NCBI GenBank assembly: GCA_051382335.1
Contig: JBBCAX010000093.1
Span: 1-25,100, forward strand
From: Deltaproteobacteria bacterium TL4
Lineage (GTDB): Bacteria > SAR324 > NAC60-12
Direction of reading: 5' to 3'
Length of the DNA: 25,100 nucleotides
The notes below the pieces were generated by a model that saw only the letters and a list, made by a program, of their open reading frames with translations, was not told the DNA's origin and did not search any database. A program made the position numbers and the translations under genes. Numbering within the stretch: the first letter of the stretch is position 1; each line of letters opens with the position of its first letter. Of the stretch, positions 1 to 9,165 are shown one piece after another.

Positions 1-172
1 ATTTCCCGTTTTTCAGGCCAAACCTATCATTAATTCTAATACGACTTTATAAGTCTCTGATTTTATTCAGGAGTAATATTGAGCAAATTGTTCAAAGTCC
101 AGTAATTAAAATACTTATTATTATTTCCCCAATTTCATTCACGGGTATTGGGCTATATATCACAGGATCGTG

Positions 173-288
173 TATGCTTAACTTCATTCCCTACGAGTCG
201 TGAATGGAGGCTTCAAACAGTCAATAATATACAAATATAATAGAATAGAAAATATTTTGCAACTCACAACTGCAAACGCTTAAGTATG
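173..288. repeat. Degenerate palindromic miniature element (possible IS200/IS605-like remnant)
   Basis: Ends TATGCTTAA (173-181) and TTAAGTATG (280-288) are imperfectly inverted. There is an internal hairpin CTTCATTC..GAATGGAG, and AGTCGTGA can also pair with TCACAACT. The core is AT-rich. Confidence 0.3.
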
Positions 289-342
289 AGAACCACCGCC
301 AAAGCCCTGCAATTTACCATAAAGGATTACCGCCGTTGCAAC

Positions 343-1935
343 TCAAACCAATTTTCCCAGCTCCATTTTGATGACGTGGTCTGCCAACGGGAAATAACGA
401 TAGTCATGGGTTACGGCAATGACTGTTTTTCCCTGGTCTTTAAAAGATTTTAACAAATGCTTATAAAAGAAATCCCGAAATTCGAGATCCTGATCCGCAG
501 CCCATTCATCGAAAATATAAATGGGTGAGGGCTCCAACAAAGCAACAATCATCGCAATTCTTTTTCTTTGTCCCGTGGATAAATTCAGCTCTGTAAACGC
601 TCCCTTTTCAAACTGGGTTTTATGCTCTATTTTCATGGTTTTTAATAACTCATAGACCTTCTCTTCAGGGACGTTTTCCAATCCGTAAAGCCGGTCGAAT
701 AAATGGAAGTCAGAAAAAATCACGGTAAACAATCCCCGATACTCCGACATCGCCACTTCCTGTCCATTTAGTAGTATTTTTCCGGATTCAGGGGCGTACA
801 GACCGGTTATCAATTTCAGCAAAGTCGTTTTTCCACTCCCATTGCCCCCTACTATAAAAACCAGCTCACCGGCTTTGATGTTGAGGGAGAGGGGGCCCAC
901 GTTAAAAGGATGGTCTTGTGACTCTTGATAGGAAAACGAGATCTGGTTCATTTCAAAAGTGGAAAATGATAACGCAGCGGGACCCTCAACTATTTTTTGA
1001 GAAAACGAGGGTATTTTTTCCAATTCGGCTTCAATTCTTTCCAAGCGTTTAAGTGCAAGCTGCGGTTCTGTCATTAAGGAGATTTGTTCCAACAAATAAT
1101 CGGCAGGCAACATCAAAATTCCAGCTAAACTCTTGATTATTACCGAGTCAAATGAGGGGAACAGTGGAATTATAAAGACAATGGTGAGCAGCAACAAGGT
1201 ATGAACACTGTCAAATATACCCACATTAATAGTCAGCGCTCGTCCCGCATGATTTTTGTTGGCATGAACTAGTTGTGCCTGATTTAATATTTCCACAGCA
1301 AAAAATTCCTGATTTTTGGCATGATGAAGCTTGAGTTCCTTTATTCCGTAAACCATCTGTCGGATTGAAGAAAAAAATCTTTGCTCATTTTCTTTGGCGA
1401 TACTGAGCGAGTGGCTCATTCGCGCATAGTTGAATCTGAAGATCAGTCCCATGGCCAGCATAACGCCAAGTACAGAAAGAAAGCTAATCATGGACACCGA
1501 AAGCAAATAAAGCAAAACGATAAAGGTAAACGTGAGTGCTGATATTAATTGCGCCACATTCAGAGAACTTTCAGAGATCTCATTGGTATCAATGGCGATG
1601 CTGTCATAAATTTCTTCCCGATTCAGTTTTTCAAAAAAAAACAATTCCACTTGTGAAAGTTTTTCTATGATTCGAAGGCGTTGTTGATGCACATAATCTT
1701 CCACAAAAATACTGGTATGGATGATGATCTGTCTCTCAATTATGAGAGATCCGATCATCGCAATAAAAAATAATAATACATAGCGATAATCGGAAATATT
1801 GTTGACTGCCATTTGCATGGAATGCCCCAGTACCGCAAGCAAAGAAAATTGAAAAACGGCATACAGCACAAATAAGATCAGAAACTTACGGCGTCCCTTC
1901 GCTGTTTTTTTTAAGAAAATATCTAGTAACTTCAT
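343..1935 (-). CDS. Cyclic peptide export ABC transporter (PvdE/SyrD/YojI family), fused permease-ATPase
   Basis: N-terminal TM domain; GIKELKL motif; Walker A GGNGSGKT; LSTGQRKR signature; FDEWAADQD Walker B; VTHD. Confidence 0.92.
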   Translation of the reverse strand: MKLLDIFLKKTAKGRRKFLILFVLYAVFQFSLLAVLGHSMQMAVNNISDYRYVLLFFIAMIGSLIIERQIIIHTSIFVEDYVHQQRLRIIEKLSQVELFFFEKLNREEIYDSIAIDTNEISESSLNVAQLISALTFTFIVLLYLLSVSMISFLSVLGVMLAMGLIFRFNYARMSHSLSIAKENEQRFFSSIRQMVYGIKELKLHHAKNQEFFAVEILNQAQLVHANKNHAGRALTINVGIFDSVHTLLLLTIVFIIPLFPSFDSVIIKSLAGILMLPADYLLEQISLMTEPQLALKRLERIEAELEKIPSFSQKIVEGPAALSFSTFEMNQISFSYQESQDHPFNVGPLSLNIKAGELVFIVGGNGSGKTTLLKLITGLYAPESGKILLNGQEVAMSEYRGLFTVIFSDFHLFDRLYGLENVPEEKVYELLKTMKIEHKTQFEKGAFTELNLSTGQRKRIAMIVALLEPSPIYIFDEWAADQDLEFRDFFYKHLLKSFKDQGKTVIAVTHDYRYFPLADHVIKMELGKLV

Positions 1936-3563
1936 TAAATGTTCCTGATCACTTGGTTTGAGACGATTTGACCTAACTCCATCCGTAGCAACCGATCGGC
2001 TTTATGGAAATAGCGCTCATCATGAGTGGTGCAAATAATGGTTTTTCCCGCACGTTGTAACTCCATTAGAAAGACTTCGTAAAAAAATTCACGGAATTGA
2101 GGATCCTGTTCCGCGGCCCACTCATCAAACACATAAAAGGGACGATCTTCCAAAGAGGTTGCAATCAAAGCCAGGCGTTTTTTTTGTCCGGTAGAGAGCA
2201 GAAGGTTCGTGAAGGCCCGGTCCACTATTTTGGTTTTATGAAAGAGTTCTAAATGATATAAAAGACGATCGGCTTTTGACAGATCCGGATCAGGAATTCC
2301 GTATAAGCGTTGAAATAAATGAAAGTCCGAAAAAACGGCAGAAAACAACTCCCGGTGACTTTCTTTAGAAATATGTTTTCCATTTAATAGAATTTGTCCG
2401 GAAACCGGATGATACAAACCGGTGATGATCTTCAGTAATGTGGACTTGCCACTGCCATTCCCGCCTGAAATAAAAAGGATTTCATTGGGGACAATATCGA
2501 GCGTGATCGGGCCAATATGAAATGTTTTTGAGCCTTCGATATCAGTATAATCAAAGGAAACCTCTTTCAATTCCAGGGATTGGATTGTCTTGGGGATATA
2601 CTTTTTTATATGAGGAACTTGTGTCGCACGTTCCAATTTTTCTTCAAAGGCATACAAACGCTCCAGGGCAAAACTGGCTTTAGTCAGATAAGGAAAGGAC
2701 ATGATCACTTGCATATAAAAGGCCCAGAGTACCATAAATAGCCCAACAATAGTGATGATCCCATTATGTTGAGAAAATTGAGGAAAAATATAGAGGATGA
2801 CGGCAAAGTTGAGATAAAAAAAGAAATATTCTGAGATAATCGCACTGCCTGTTAAAGACATGGATTGCTTTTTGAGAGGCACGATTTTTTGAAGGGTCGG
2901 AAGGATATGATTTGCCAGGAGATCCTTGCTTTTGTGAGCATATATTTTTAATTCTTTGAAGCCTTGAAGAAGTTGATTAAACAATCCAAAAAAATGGGTT
3001 TCATGTTCAATCAACTGGAACCCAATTTCCTGTGTTTTGTGATGTAAAAGTAAAGGCAAATAATACCCGCCAATGAAAATCAGGATGACTGGAATCATGA
3101 GTAGTGGAGAAAGCCAAAAAAGATAGGTTATCCCAATGATGAATGTGGTTATCGCAAAAAAGATCATGGTCAAGATTTGCAAGGAATAAGAAACACTTTC
3201 AGAATCTAAAGCAAAGGCCACATGAATTTCTGAAGATTCTATTTTTTCAAGATCTTTCAACACCGTATCGTTGAGTTTCGTCACTATCCGAACCTGAAGA
3301 TCTGTTAGTGCGCTTGTTCCCAACCGGTAAGATTTTTGGAAGGATATTTGTTTGAATACTAGATAGACCAACAGACAAATCAATGCCGTTATGGCATCAC
3401 GGTAGTCAACCTGCTTTTGACGTACTGTTAATTCCGCACTCGCGGTAATAGTTACCAGGAAAATAACGTAACTGATACTCGCAATGATCGAAGTAATAAG
3501 AATCATACTTCCTTCTGTCTCAGATTTGGAAAAAATAAATTTAAATAATTTTTTTTCAATCAT
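1935..3563 (-). CDS. Cyclic peptide export ABC transporter (PvdE/SyrD/YojI family), second paralog
   Basis: GFKELK, GGNGSGKS, LSTGQKKR, FDEWAAEQDP and TTHD motifs. Start placed at ATG 3563 (GGGAAG upstream); the ORF is open to 3596. Its stop overlaps the next start (TAATG). Confidence 0.9.
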   Translation of the reverse strand: MIEKKLFKFIFSKSETEGSMILITSIIASISYVIFLVTITASAELTVRQKQVDYRDAITALICLLVYLVFKQISFQKSYRLGTSALTDLQVRIVTKLNDTVLKDLEKIESSEIHVAFALDSESVSYSLQILTMIFFAITTFIIGITYLFWLSPLLMIPVILIFIGGYYLPLLLHHKTQEIGFQLIEHETHFFGLFNQLLQGFKELKIYAHKSKDLLANHILPTLQKIVPLKKQSMSLTGSAIISEYFFFYLNFAVILYIFPQFSQHNGIITIVGLFMVLWAFYMQVIMSFPYLTKASFALERLYAFEEKLERATQVPHIKKYIPKTIQSLELKEVSFDYTDIEGSKTFHIGPITLDIVPNEILFISGGNGSGKSTLLKIITGLYHPVSGQILLNGKHISKESHRELFSAVFSDFHLFQRLYGIPDPDLSKADRLLYHLELFHKTKIVDRAFTNLLLSTGQKKRLALIATSLEDRPFYVFDEWAAEQDPQFREFFYEVFLMELQRAGKTIICTTHDERYFHKADRLLRMELGQIVSNQVIRNI

Positions 3564-3825
3564 CGCTTCCCATAAATTATTGGAGTACCTCAACAACGAA
3601 TTGTGAGGTGTTTAGCTTATTATTTTAATGAGTCCTTAACTAATCTCCAAACCTAAGATCTTCAAGACAAAATCTTCAGGACCATTGTTTAGACTTGAAC
3701 TTCACGGGCTATAACGCCTACTTTGTGAACCTGAATCAGAAAATGCAGAAAGAACTGATCGAACGGACTGAATTCGGTATATGATCCGGGGGGATGGTTC
3801 ATCACACAGGCTGTGATTTCTATTC

Positions 3826-3854
3826 AAAAAGACAAGTCCTCAAGTCAGGACTTG
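3826..3854 (-). terminator. Rho-independent terminator downstream of the tricorn gene
   Basis: 8-bp stem CAAGTCCT/AGGACTTG with a 6-nt loop, followed by TCTTTTT on the minus strand, about 12 nt after the stop. Confidence 0.75.
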
Positions 3855-3865
3855 CTTCCTTTATG

Positions 3866-6800
3866 TTACTTCGTTGTTGGAAGTTTATTGGCCTTTTCTT
3901 CAAATTGCTTCAATAACCGCAGAATTTCCTCTATTGCGACTTCCAATTGAGGATCTTTTCCCTTTGCGTAATCCTGAGGAGCGTATTCCGCTTCAAGATC
4001 AGGTTCTACTCCCAGATTTTCGACAGACCACCCCGCATTATGAAACCAAATGGCATATTGGGGTTGTGTGGTGGTGGTTGAATCCACAAGTTGATATCTG
4101 CTGTCAATACCCACAACGCCGCCCCAGGTTCTTTTTCCGACGAGCGTTCCCAGTTTTAAAGTTTTGAAACTATGGCAAAACATGTCCCCGTCAGAACCAC
4201 AAAACTCGTTTGTCAGGGCAACCAGTGGGCCTTTGACGGTATGGTAAGGATAGGACTCCGGTGTGCCCCAACGAGGGACGTCATACCCCAAATGCTGGTG
4301 GGTCAATTTTTCAAGAATAAGAGGAGAAACCAAACCCCCGCCATTATATCGGACATCAATAATTAAGCCTTCTTTATGAGTTTGTGCCAGATATCCACGG
4401 TGAAACTCAGCCAGTCCCCAACTATGCATGTCAGGAATATGGATATAACCAATTTTCCCCTCAGAAGCCTCAGTCACTTGTTTGGCGCATCGAATGACCC
4501 AATCTCGATACCGAACCCGTTGGCTCCCTCGTAACGTATTGACCACAATATGACGAACCGGCGAGTCCTTTTCAGTGGATTTTAAGCTAAGGCATACATT
4601 CTGTCCTGCCTGATGGACCAACATCTCCTCCGGTGTTGTGTCTTTATCCAGTGGAACACCTCCTATCCCGACGATAACATCGCCTTCTTTGACTTGTATG
4701 CCAGGGATGCTTAAAGGCGAATGTTCTCCTTTTTTCCACACGTCTCCCTGATAAATACGTTGAATGACATACCCTTTCTCCTTGCTGTCATACGCCAACT
4801 CCGCGCCTAAATGTCCAATATGGTATTGCGGTGTGTAAGGATAATCGCCACCCCACTCGTAGGTATGAGAGGTTGCGAGTTCACCTTGCATTTCCCAAAT
4901 CAGGTCCGATAATTCTGAACGGCTTGCGATTCGATCCAAAAGTGGGAAATATTTTTGAGAGACTTGAGCCCAATCCACTCCGGAAAGTTCCTCATTCCAG
5001 AAAAATTCTTTCTGCAGTCGCCAGGCTTCTTGAAACATTTGCTTCCATTCCGAGGGATAATCGACAGAAATCCGAACTCTTTTAAGATCAAGCCAACCTG
5101 ATTTTCGATTAGCACCGCTAAGTTCCTCTCCTTCAATGAGTGAAATTCCGGATTCTATCACTCTGATTTGAGAACCTGAACTGTACAATAATGTTTTGGA
5201 AGAGGTGTTTATTTGCATCCATTCTACGGGGCTCGCAATTTGTTCTTGTTCTTGTTTCTCAAAATCATACATCCAAATGGTTCCTTCCGAATCAGCCTCA
5301 GAAATATCTGAGGGGAGATCAAAATCACCGTTTAAGGGAAACTCGCTGAAAAGCACCTTATTATGTAAGCCCAAAATCTGTTCGTATAAGCCATCAACCA
5401 CGGGAAATTCGATAATTCGCTGTTCTATACCTTCGAAATCAATTTCAATTCGAATTTCCGGTTCTTCTTTCTTTTTGGTTTTTTTAGGGGGTTTGGTCTC
5501 CTTTTTTTGAGTTTTTTCAGAATTTTTTGACTCCGTGCCGCCAGGAACAGGGGCGGGGGTTTCTAAGTCCACGGCCTTTCCCGGGGCATGTGGTTCTGGA
5601 AGGAAAGGATTGTATATATCTTTTTTCAGAGTGATCAAGTAAGGTTTGACGGATCTGGAGAAAGTCGTCGCAAATTGGACCGTATCCCAAATAGGATTGT
5701 AATTCCTTGACGATAGAAAATATAACCAGCGTCCCTCAGGATCAAAGGAGGGGCCGAAGTCGTATCGAATCGGTTGTGTGACCTGATGAATCTTTTTTGA
5801 TTCAAGATCCGCAATGAAAATGGCGGTTAAGTCCATATTGAGCGCTTTCGTATAGGCAATCCACCGACCATCAGGAGAAAAGGTAACGTCTTTTATTTCT
5901 TTGACAGCGGAACTGTCGAGCTTTTTCAAGCGTCCTTTATCTACATCCAAAAGGTACAGCTCCATACGACTGGTCGTCAGCACTACTTGATTTTTGTTAG
6001 GAGAACAGATAATGTCTTGAACCCTTCCTGCCGGAAGTTTGATTAAACGTTCTGGTTCCAAGACAGGATAGTGCTTAAATACAGCAAGTTTTTCTTCTTT
6101 AGGAGTTTGATCCGTCACGGTGACTAAGCGACCGTCAGGTAACCAACTGACCAAACGATAACGAACCCCATTTCGAATTCCATATTGAGTGACCGCGTCT
6201 TCCCATAAGGGCATCGAAAATAATTTTCCTCGAGAGGTCAAAGCCACCGCATGGCCATGCGGATGAATTTGAATATCCTCGAAGTACTCATCCCCATATA
6301 CGAACTTACGTTGAGTTTGCGTTTGAGGAGAATGCCATTGAATCGGAATAGGGTAAGCGTCTTTTGTTTTCAAATCATGTGCCCATAAATCGCCCCCCGC
6401 ATGATAAACAACATGCGTTCCATTGGTTGAAGGATATCGGACATAAAACTTCTGCTGAAAGGTTTCCTGCTGAAGCGCTTCACCCTTTAAGTCACAGGAA
6501 TAGAGATTTCCAAGGTCTTCATGATCTGAGATAAAGTAAATTCGTTTTTCTATCCAAAAAGGGTAGATTGGGTTTCCTTGGAGAGCCTTTAAGATCCGGT
6601 AAAAGTGGCCTTTCCCCTGAGGATCAATCCAAACTTCCCCTTGTGTTCCTCCTCGGTAACGTTTCCAGCGCGAGTTACTGATGGTATTCCGTCCTAAGAC
6701 CAAGCCTTTCGCCTTGGGAGCATAACTTAAAAAGGTGGCGGGACCATAGTTAAAACGTGTTATTTCTCTGGTTTTGTGAGAAACCATGTAAAGCCAGGCA

Positions 6801-7150
6801 TCATTATTGCGGTGAATAGCTTGATGAGCGCTGCGAAAAATTATATGCTGACTATCAGGAGTCCATCCGACAACATAAAGTGCGGTATTGAGGTAAGTTA
6901 ACCTTCTTAAGGGACCTCCTTCTGAAGGAAGGATATAGACATCGTGTTCCCCTTCTTCACGGGTGCAGCAGGCGATCCATTGACCATCTGGAGAATACAC
7001 CGGAGAGGCAATTTCACTACGGGCACTGGTTAAACGATAGGCTTTTCCTCCCTGCAGGTTAACTTGCCAGAGATCATCTTCGCAAAGGAACACCACTTGA
7101 TTCTGGTAAACCGTTGAATTACGAAAATATCCCTGATAATTTGATGCCAT
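3866..7150 (-). CDS. Tricorn protease homolog (peptidase S41: beta-propellers, PDZ, S41 catalytic domain)
   Basis: 1094 aa; repeated SPDGxW motifs; WKRYRGG; GELATSH; IDVRYNGGG; catalytic GSDGD; GKRTWGG; ENxGVEPD; DPQL. No evident signal peptide. Confidence 0.93.
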   Translation of the reverse strand: MASNYQGYFRNSTVYQNQVVFLCEDDLWQVNLQGGKAYRLTSARSEIASPVYSPDGQWIACCTREEGEHDVYILPSEGGPLRRLTYLNTALYVVGWTPDSQHIIFRSAHQAIHRNNDAWLYMVSHKTREITRFNYGPATFLSYAPKAKGLVLGRNTISNSRWKRYRGGTQGEVWIDPQGKGHFYRILKALQGNPIYPFWIEKRIYFISDHEDLGNLYSCDLKGEALQQETFQQKFYVRYPSTNGTHVVYHAGGDLWAHDLKTKDAYPIPIQWHSPQTQTQRKFVYGDEYFEDIQIHPHGHAVALTSRGKLFSMPLWEDAVTQYGIRNGVRYRLVSWLPDGRLVTVTDQTPKEEKLAVFKHYPVLEPERLIKLPAGRVQDIICSPNKNQVVLTTSRMELYLLDVDKGRLKKLDSSAVKEIKDVTFSPDGRWIAYTKALNMDLTAIFIADLESKKIHQVTQPIRYDFGPSFDPEGRWLYFLSSRNYNPIWDTVQFATTFSRSVKPYLITLKKDIYNPFLPEPHAPGKAVDLETPAPVPGGTESKNSEKTQKKETKPPKKTKKKEEPEIRIEIDFEGIEQRIIEFPVVDGLYEQILGLHNKVLFSEFPLNGDFDLPSDISEADSEGTIWMYDFEKQEQEQIASPVEWMQINTSSKTLLYSSGSQIRVIESGISLIEGEELSGANRKSGWLDLKRVRISVDYPSEWKQMFQEAWRLQKEFFWNEELSGVDWAQVSQKYFPLLDRIASRSELSDLIWEMQGELATSHTYEWGGDYPYTPQYHIGHLGAELAYDSKEKGYVIQRIYQGDVWKKGEHSPLSIPGIQVKEGDVIVGIGGVPLDKDTTPEEMLVHQAGQNVCLSLKSTEKDSPVRHIVVNTLRGSQRVRYRDWVIRCAKQVTEASEGKIGYIHIPDMHSWGLAEFHRGYLAQTHKEGLIIDVRYNGGGLVSPLILEKLTHQHLGYDVPRWGTPESYPYHTVKGPLVALTNEFCGSDGDMFCHSFKTLKLGTLVGKRTWGGVVGIDSRYQLVDSTTTTQPQYAIWFHNAGWSVENLGVEPDLEAEYAPQDYAKGKDPQLEVAIEEILRLLKQFEEKANKLPTTK

Positions 7151-7247
7151 GGACGTATCCTTTCCCTTTAGTGTTCTTTATTGATGTTACGTGTATAGAT
7201 TTTGCGGAAAGTTATTTTTTGTCAGTGTCTTGAATATTGGAGTTATT

Positions 7248-8945
7248 TTGAAACAAAAACCTGAAGCCTTAAACAACAACCCCTCCGACCCACAACAGCT
7301 TTTAGAAATTACAGCGGATTCTGAAAAAGGAAAGTCAACATTTGAGAAAGAGGATCCTCCTGCTTCAAACGTCTCAGCCTCAGACAAACGACAATTATTC
7401 AAACACGCCGGAATTATCACAGGGTTTACCTTAATTTCAAGGATTTTGGGAGCCGCTCGTGATCTTGTGATTTCTCATATTTTTGGAGCGGGCTTGATGA
7501 CGGATGCGTTTGTGCAGGCATTTACGATTCCAAACGTACTAAGACGACTCACCGCAGAAGGTTCAATGACCTTGGCGTTTATTCCAATATACACTGAAAT
7601 ACGGCAAAAGCGTGGGAGGGACAAGGCAAAAATTTTTGCTCAAAAAACTTTGGGGTTAGTCCTGTCGGTAACACTTTTGTTAACCCTGCTTGGAATGGTG
7701 TTCAGCCCTCAATTGGTTTTTCTGTTTTCCGCAGGATTTGTCACCGATCCTGAAAAATTTGAATTAACGGTCACCATGACGCGTTTGATGTTCCCTTATC
7801 TGATTTTTGTCTCTCTGGTTGCCCTGGCAATGGGCGTATTGAACTCAGAAAAATATTTTGCTTCGCCTGCAGCGGCACCGATATTTTTAAATCTCAGTAT
7901 TATCTGTGCTGCGCTTTTAATCGCTCCATTTCTTGAAAAGCCCATAATTGCGGTAACTTATGGGGTCTTGGCAGGAGGTTTAATTCAAGTCCTGCTTCAA
8001 ATACCCTCCCTACGAAAATTGGGACAAGCGTTACGTCCTTTAAACTTTAGGAAAGATCCCGACATCCATCGGCTATTACGCTTGATGGGACCGTCGATTT
8101 TTGGAGTTGCTGTCTATCAAATCAATATCATCATCCTGCGTAACCTTGCGAGCTTTTTACCCACAGGGCAACTGACGTATTATTATAATGCCAGCCGTTT
8201 GACGGAGTTAGTCCAAGGCGTATTTGCTTTTGCCCTGGCAACCGCCAGTTTCCCTGACTTGAGCCATCATTCCGCAAAAGAAGACTGGCAAAAAACCAGA
8301 GAGACCCTGACCCTGACTTTTTCCGCGACTATGTTCATCCTCCTCCCGGCAACGGTGGGTTTGATCACAGCGGCTTATCCTGTCGTTTCCATGATGTATC
8401 TCCATGGAGCCTTCACCTACGTTGATGTGGAACAAACGGCTTTAACCCTACAAGCCTTTGCGCTGAGTATTCCCGCCGTAGCGGGAATACGTTTATTGGT
8501 TTCGGTTTTCTATGCTTTAAAAGATACCAAAACACCGGTTGTGATTTCCTGTTTAAGTGTTCTGGTAACAGGCGTATTGGGCTGGTGGTGGAGTCGATCC
8601 TATCAGGTCATCGGTTTGGCCTTTGGTCTTTCGGTAGGCACCTGGTTTCAACTGGTACTCTTTTTTGTGTTTCTTTTACGTCAACAGGAATTTACCGGAG
8701 GTTGGATCCCTTTGGCCTCGATGAGCAAGCAACTCATTGCCGCAATAGTTATGGGAATTTTTGGTTGGAATTGCAGTATGAGGGGCAATTGGGAAGCAGG
8801 GATTTCTTTGCGTTCAAATTGGGGCCTATTATTTATAGTGCTTACAGGTTCCGCTTTGATCTATTTTTTAGTGTTGCTCGCGTTTAAAGAAACACATGCG
8901 CTTTCATGGTGGCAGTGGTTCCGAAAAAGAATCTCAAGATTTTAG
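7248..8945 (+). CDS. murJ: Lipid II flippase MurJ (MviN)
   Basis: TLISRILGAARD, AFTIPNVLRRLTAEGS, YNASRL and FYALKDTKTP motifs; many TM helices. Start placed at TTG 7248 after GGAG; the ORF is open from 7191. Confidence 0.93.
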   Translation: MKQKPEALNNNPSDPQQLLEITADSEKGKSTFEKEDPPASNVSASDKRQLFKHAGIITGFTLISRILGAARDLVISHIFGAGLMTDAFVQAFTIPNVLRRLTAEGSMTLAFIPIYTEIRQKRGRDKAKIFAQKTLGLVLSVTLLLTLLGMVFSPQLVFLFSAGFVTDPEKFELTVTMTRLMFPYLIFVSLVALAMGVLNSEKYFASPAAAPIFLNLSIICAALLIAPFLEKPIIAVTYGVLAGGLIQVLLQIPSLRKLGQALRPLNFRKDPDIHRLLRLMGPSIFGVAVYQINIIILRNLASFLPTGQLTYYYNASRLTELVQGVFAFALATASFPDLSHHSAKEDWQKTRETLTLTFSATMFILLPATVGLITAAYPVVSMMYLHGAFTYVDVEQTALTLQAFALSIPAVAGIRLLVSVFYALKDTKTPVVISCLSVLVTGVLGWWWSRSYQVIGLAFGLSVGTWFQLVLFFVFLLRQQEFTGGWIPLASMSKQLIAAIVMGIFGWNCSMRGNWEAGISLRSNWGLLFIVLTGSALIYFLVLLAFKETHALSWWQWFRKRISRF

Positions 8946-8987
8946 AGAGAAAACTATTAGATTTTAGGCGAATATTCATCACCCCAC

Positions 8988-9165
8988 CTAGGAGGCTGTC
9001 CGAGAATAGAATGTGAATTCGTAGGGTGGGTTAGCCGCAAGGCGTAACCCACCAAAAACCAGGTATTTTGGAGCAAAATGAAGCGTTTCGTATTAAAATT
9101 GGTGGGTTACGACTTCGCTTTGGCTCAGTCTAACCCTCCCTACGAGTTCTCGGACAGCCTCCTAG
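8988..9165. mobile_element. MITE-like element with perfect terminal inverted repeats enclosing a GTAG-type REP doublet
   Basis: CTAGGAGGCTGTCCGAGAA (8988-9006) is the exact reverse complement of 9147-9165. Internally, GTAGGGTGGGTTAGCCGCAAGGCGTAACCCACCA is paired with an inverted copy ending CCCTAC. Confidence 0.75.

Noticed and set aside
143..310. Possible 6S RNA (long-range pairing GGGTATTGG/CCAAAGCCC)
   Set aside because: The conserved 6S sequence motifs were not recognisable and the interior is AT-rich and promoter-like; an Rfam search would settle it.
3874..5510. Several short ORFs within the tricorn gene
   Set aside because: They are nested in a well-supported CDS and have no independent features.
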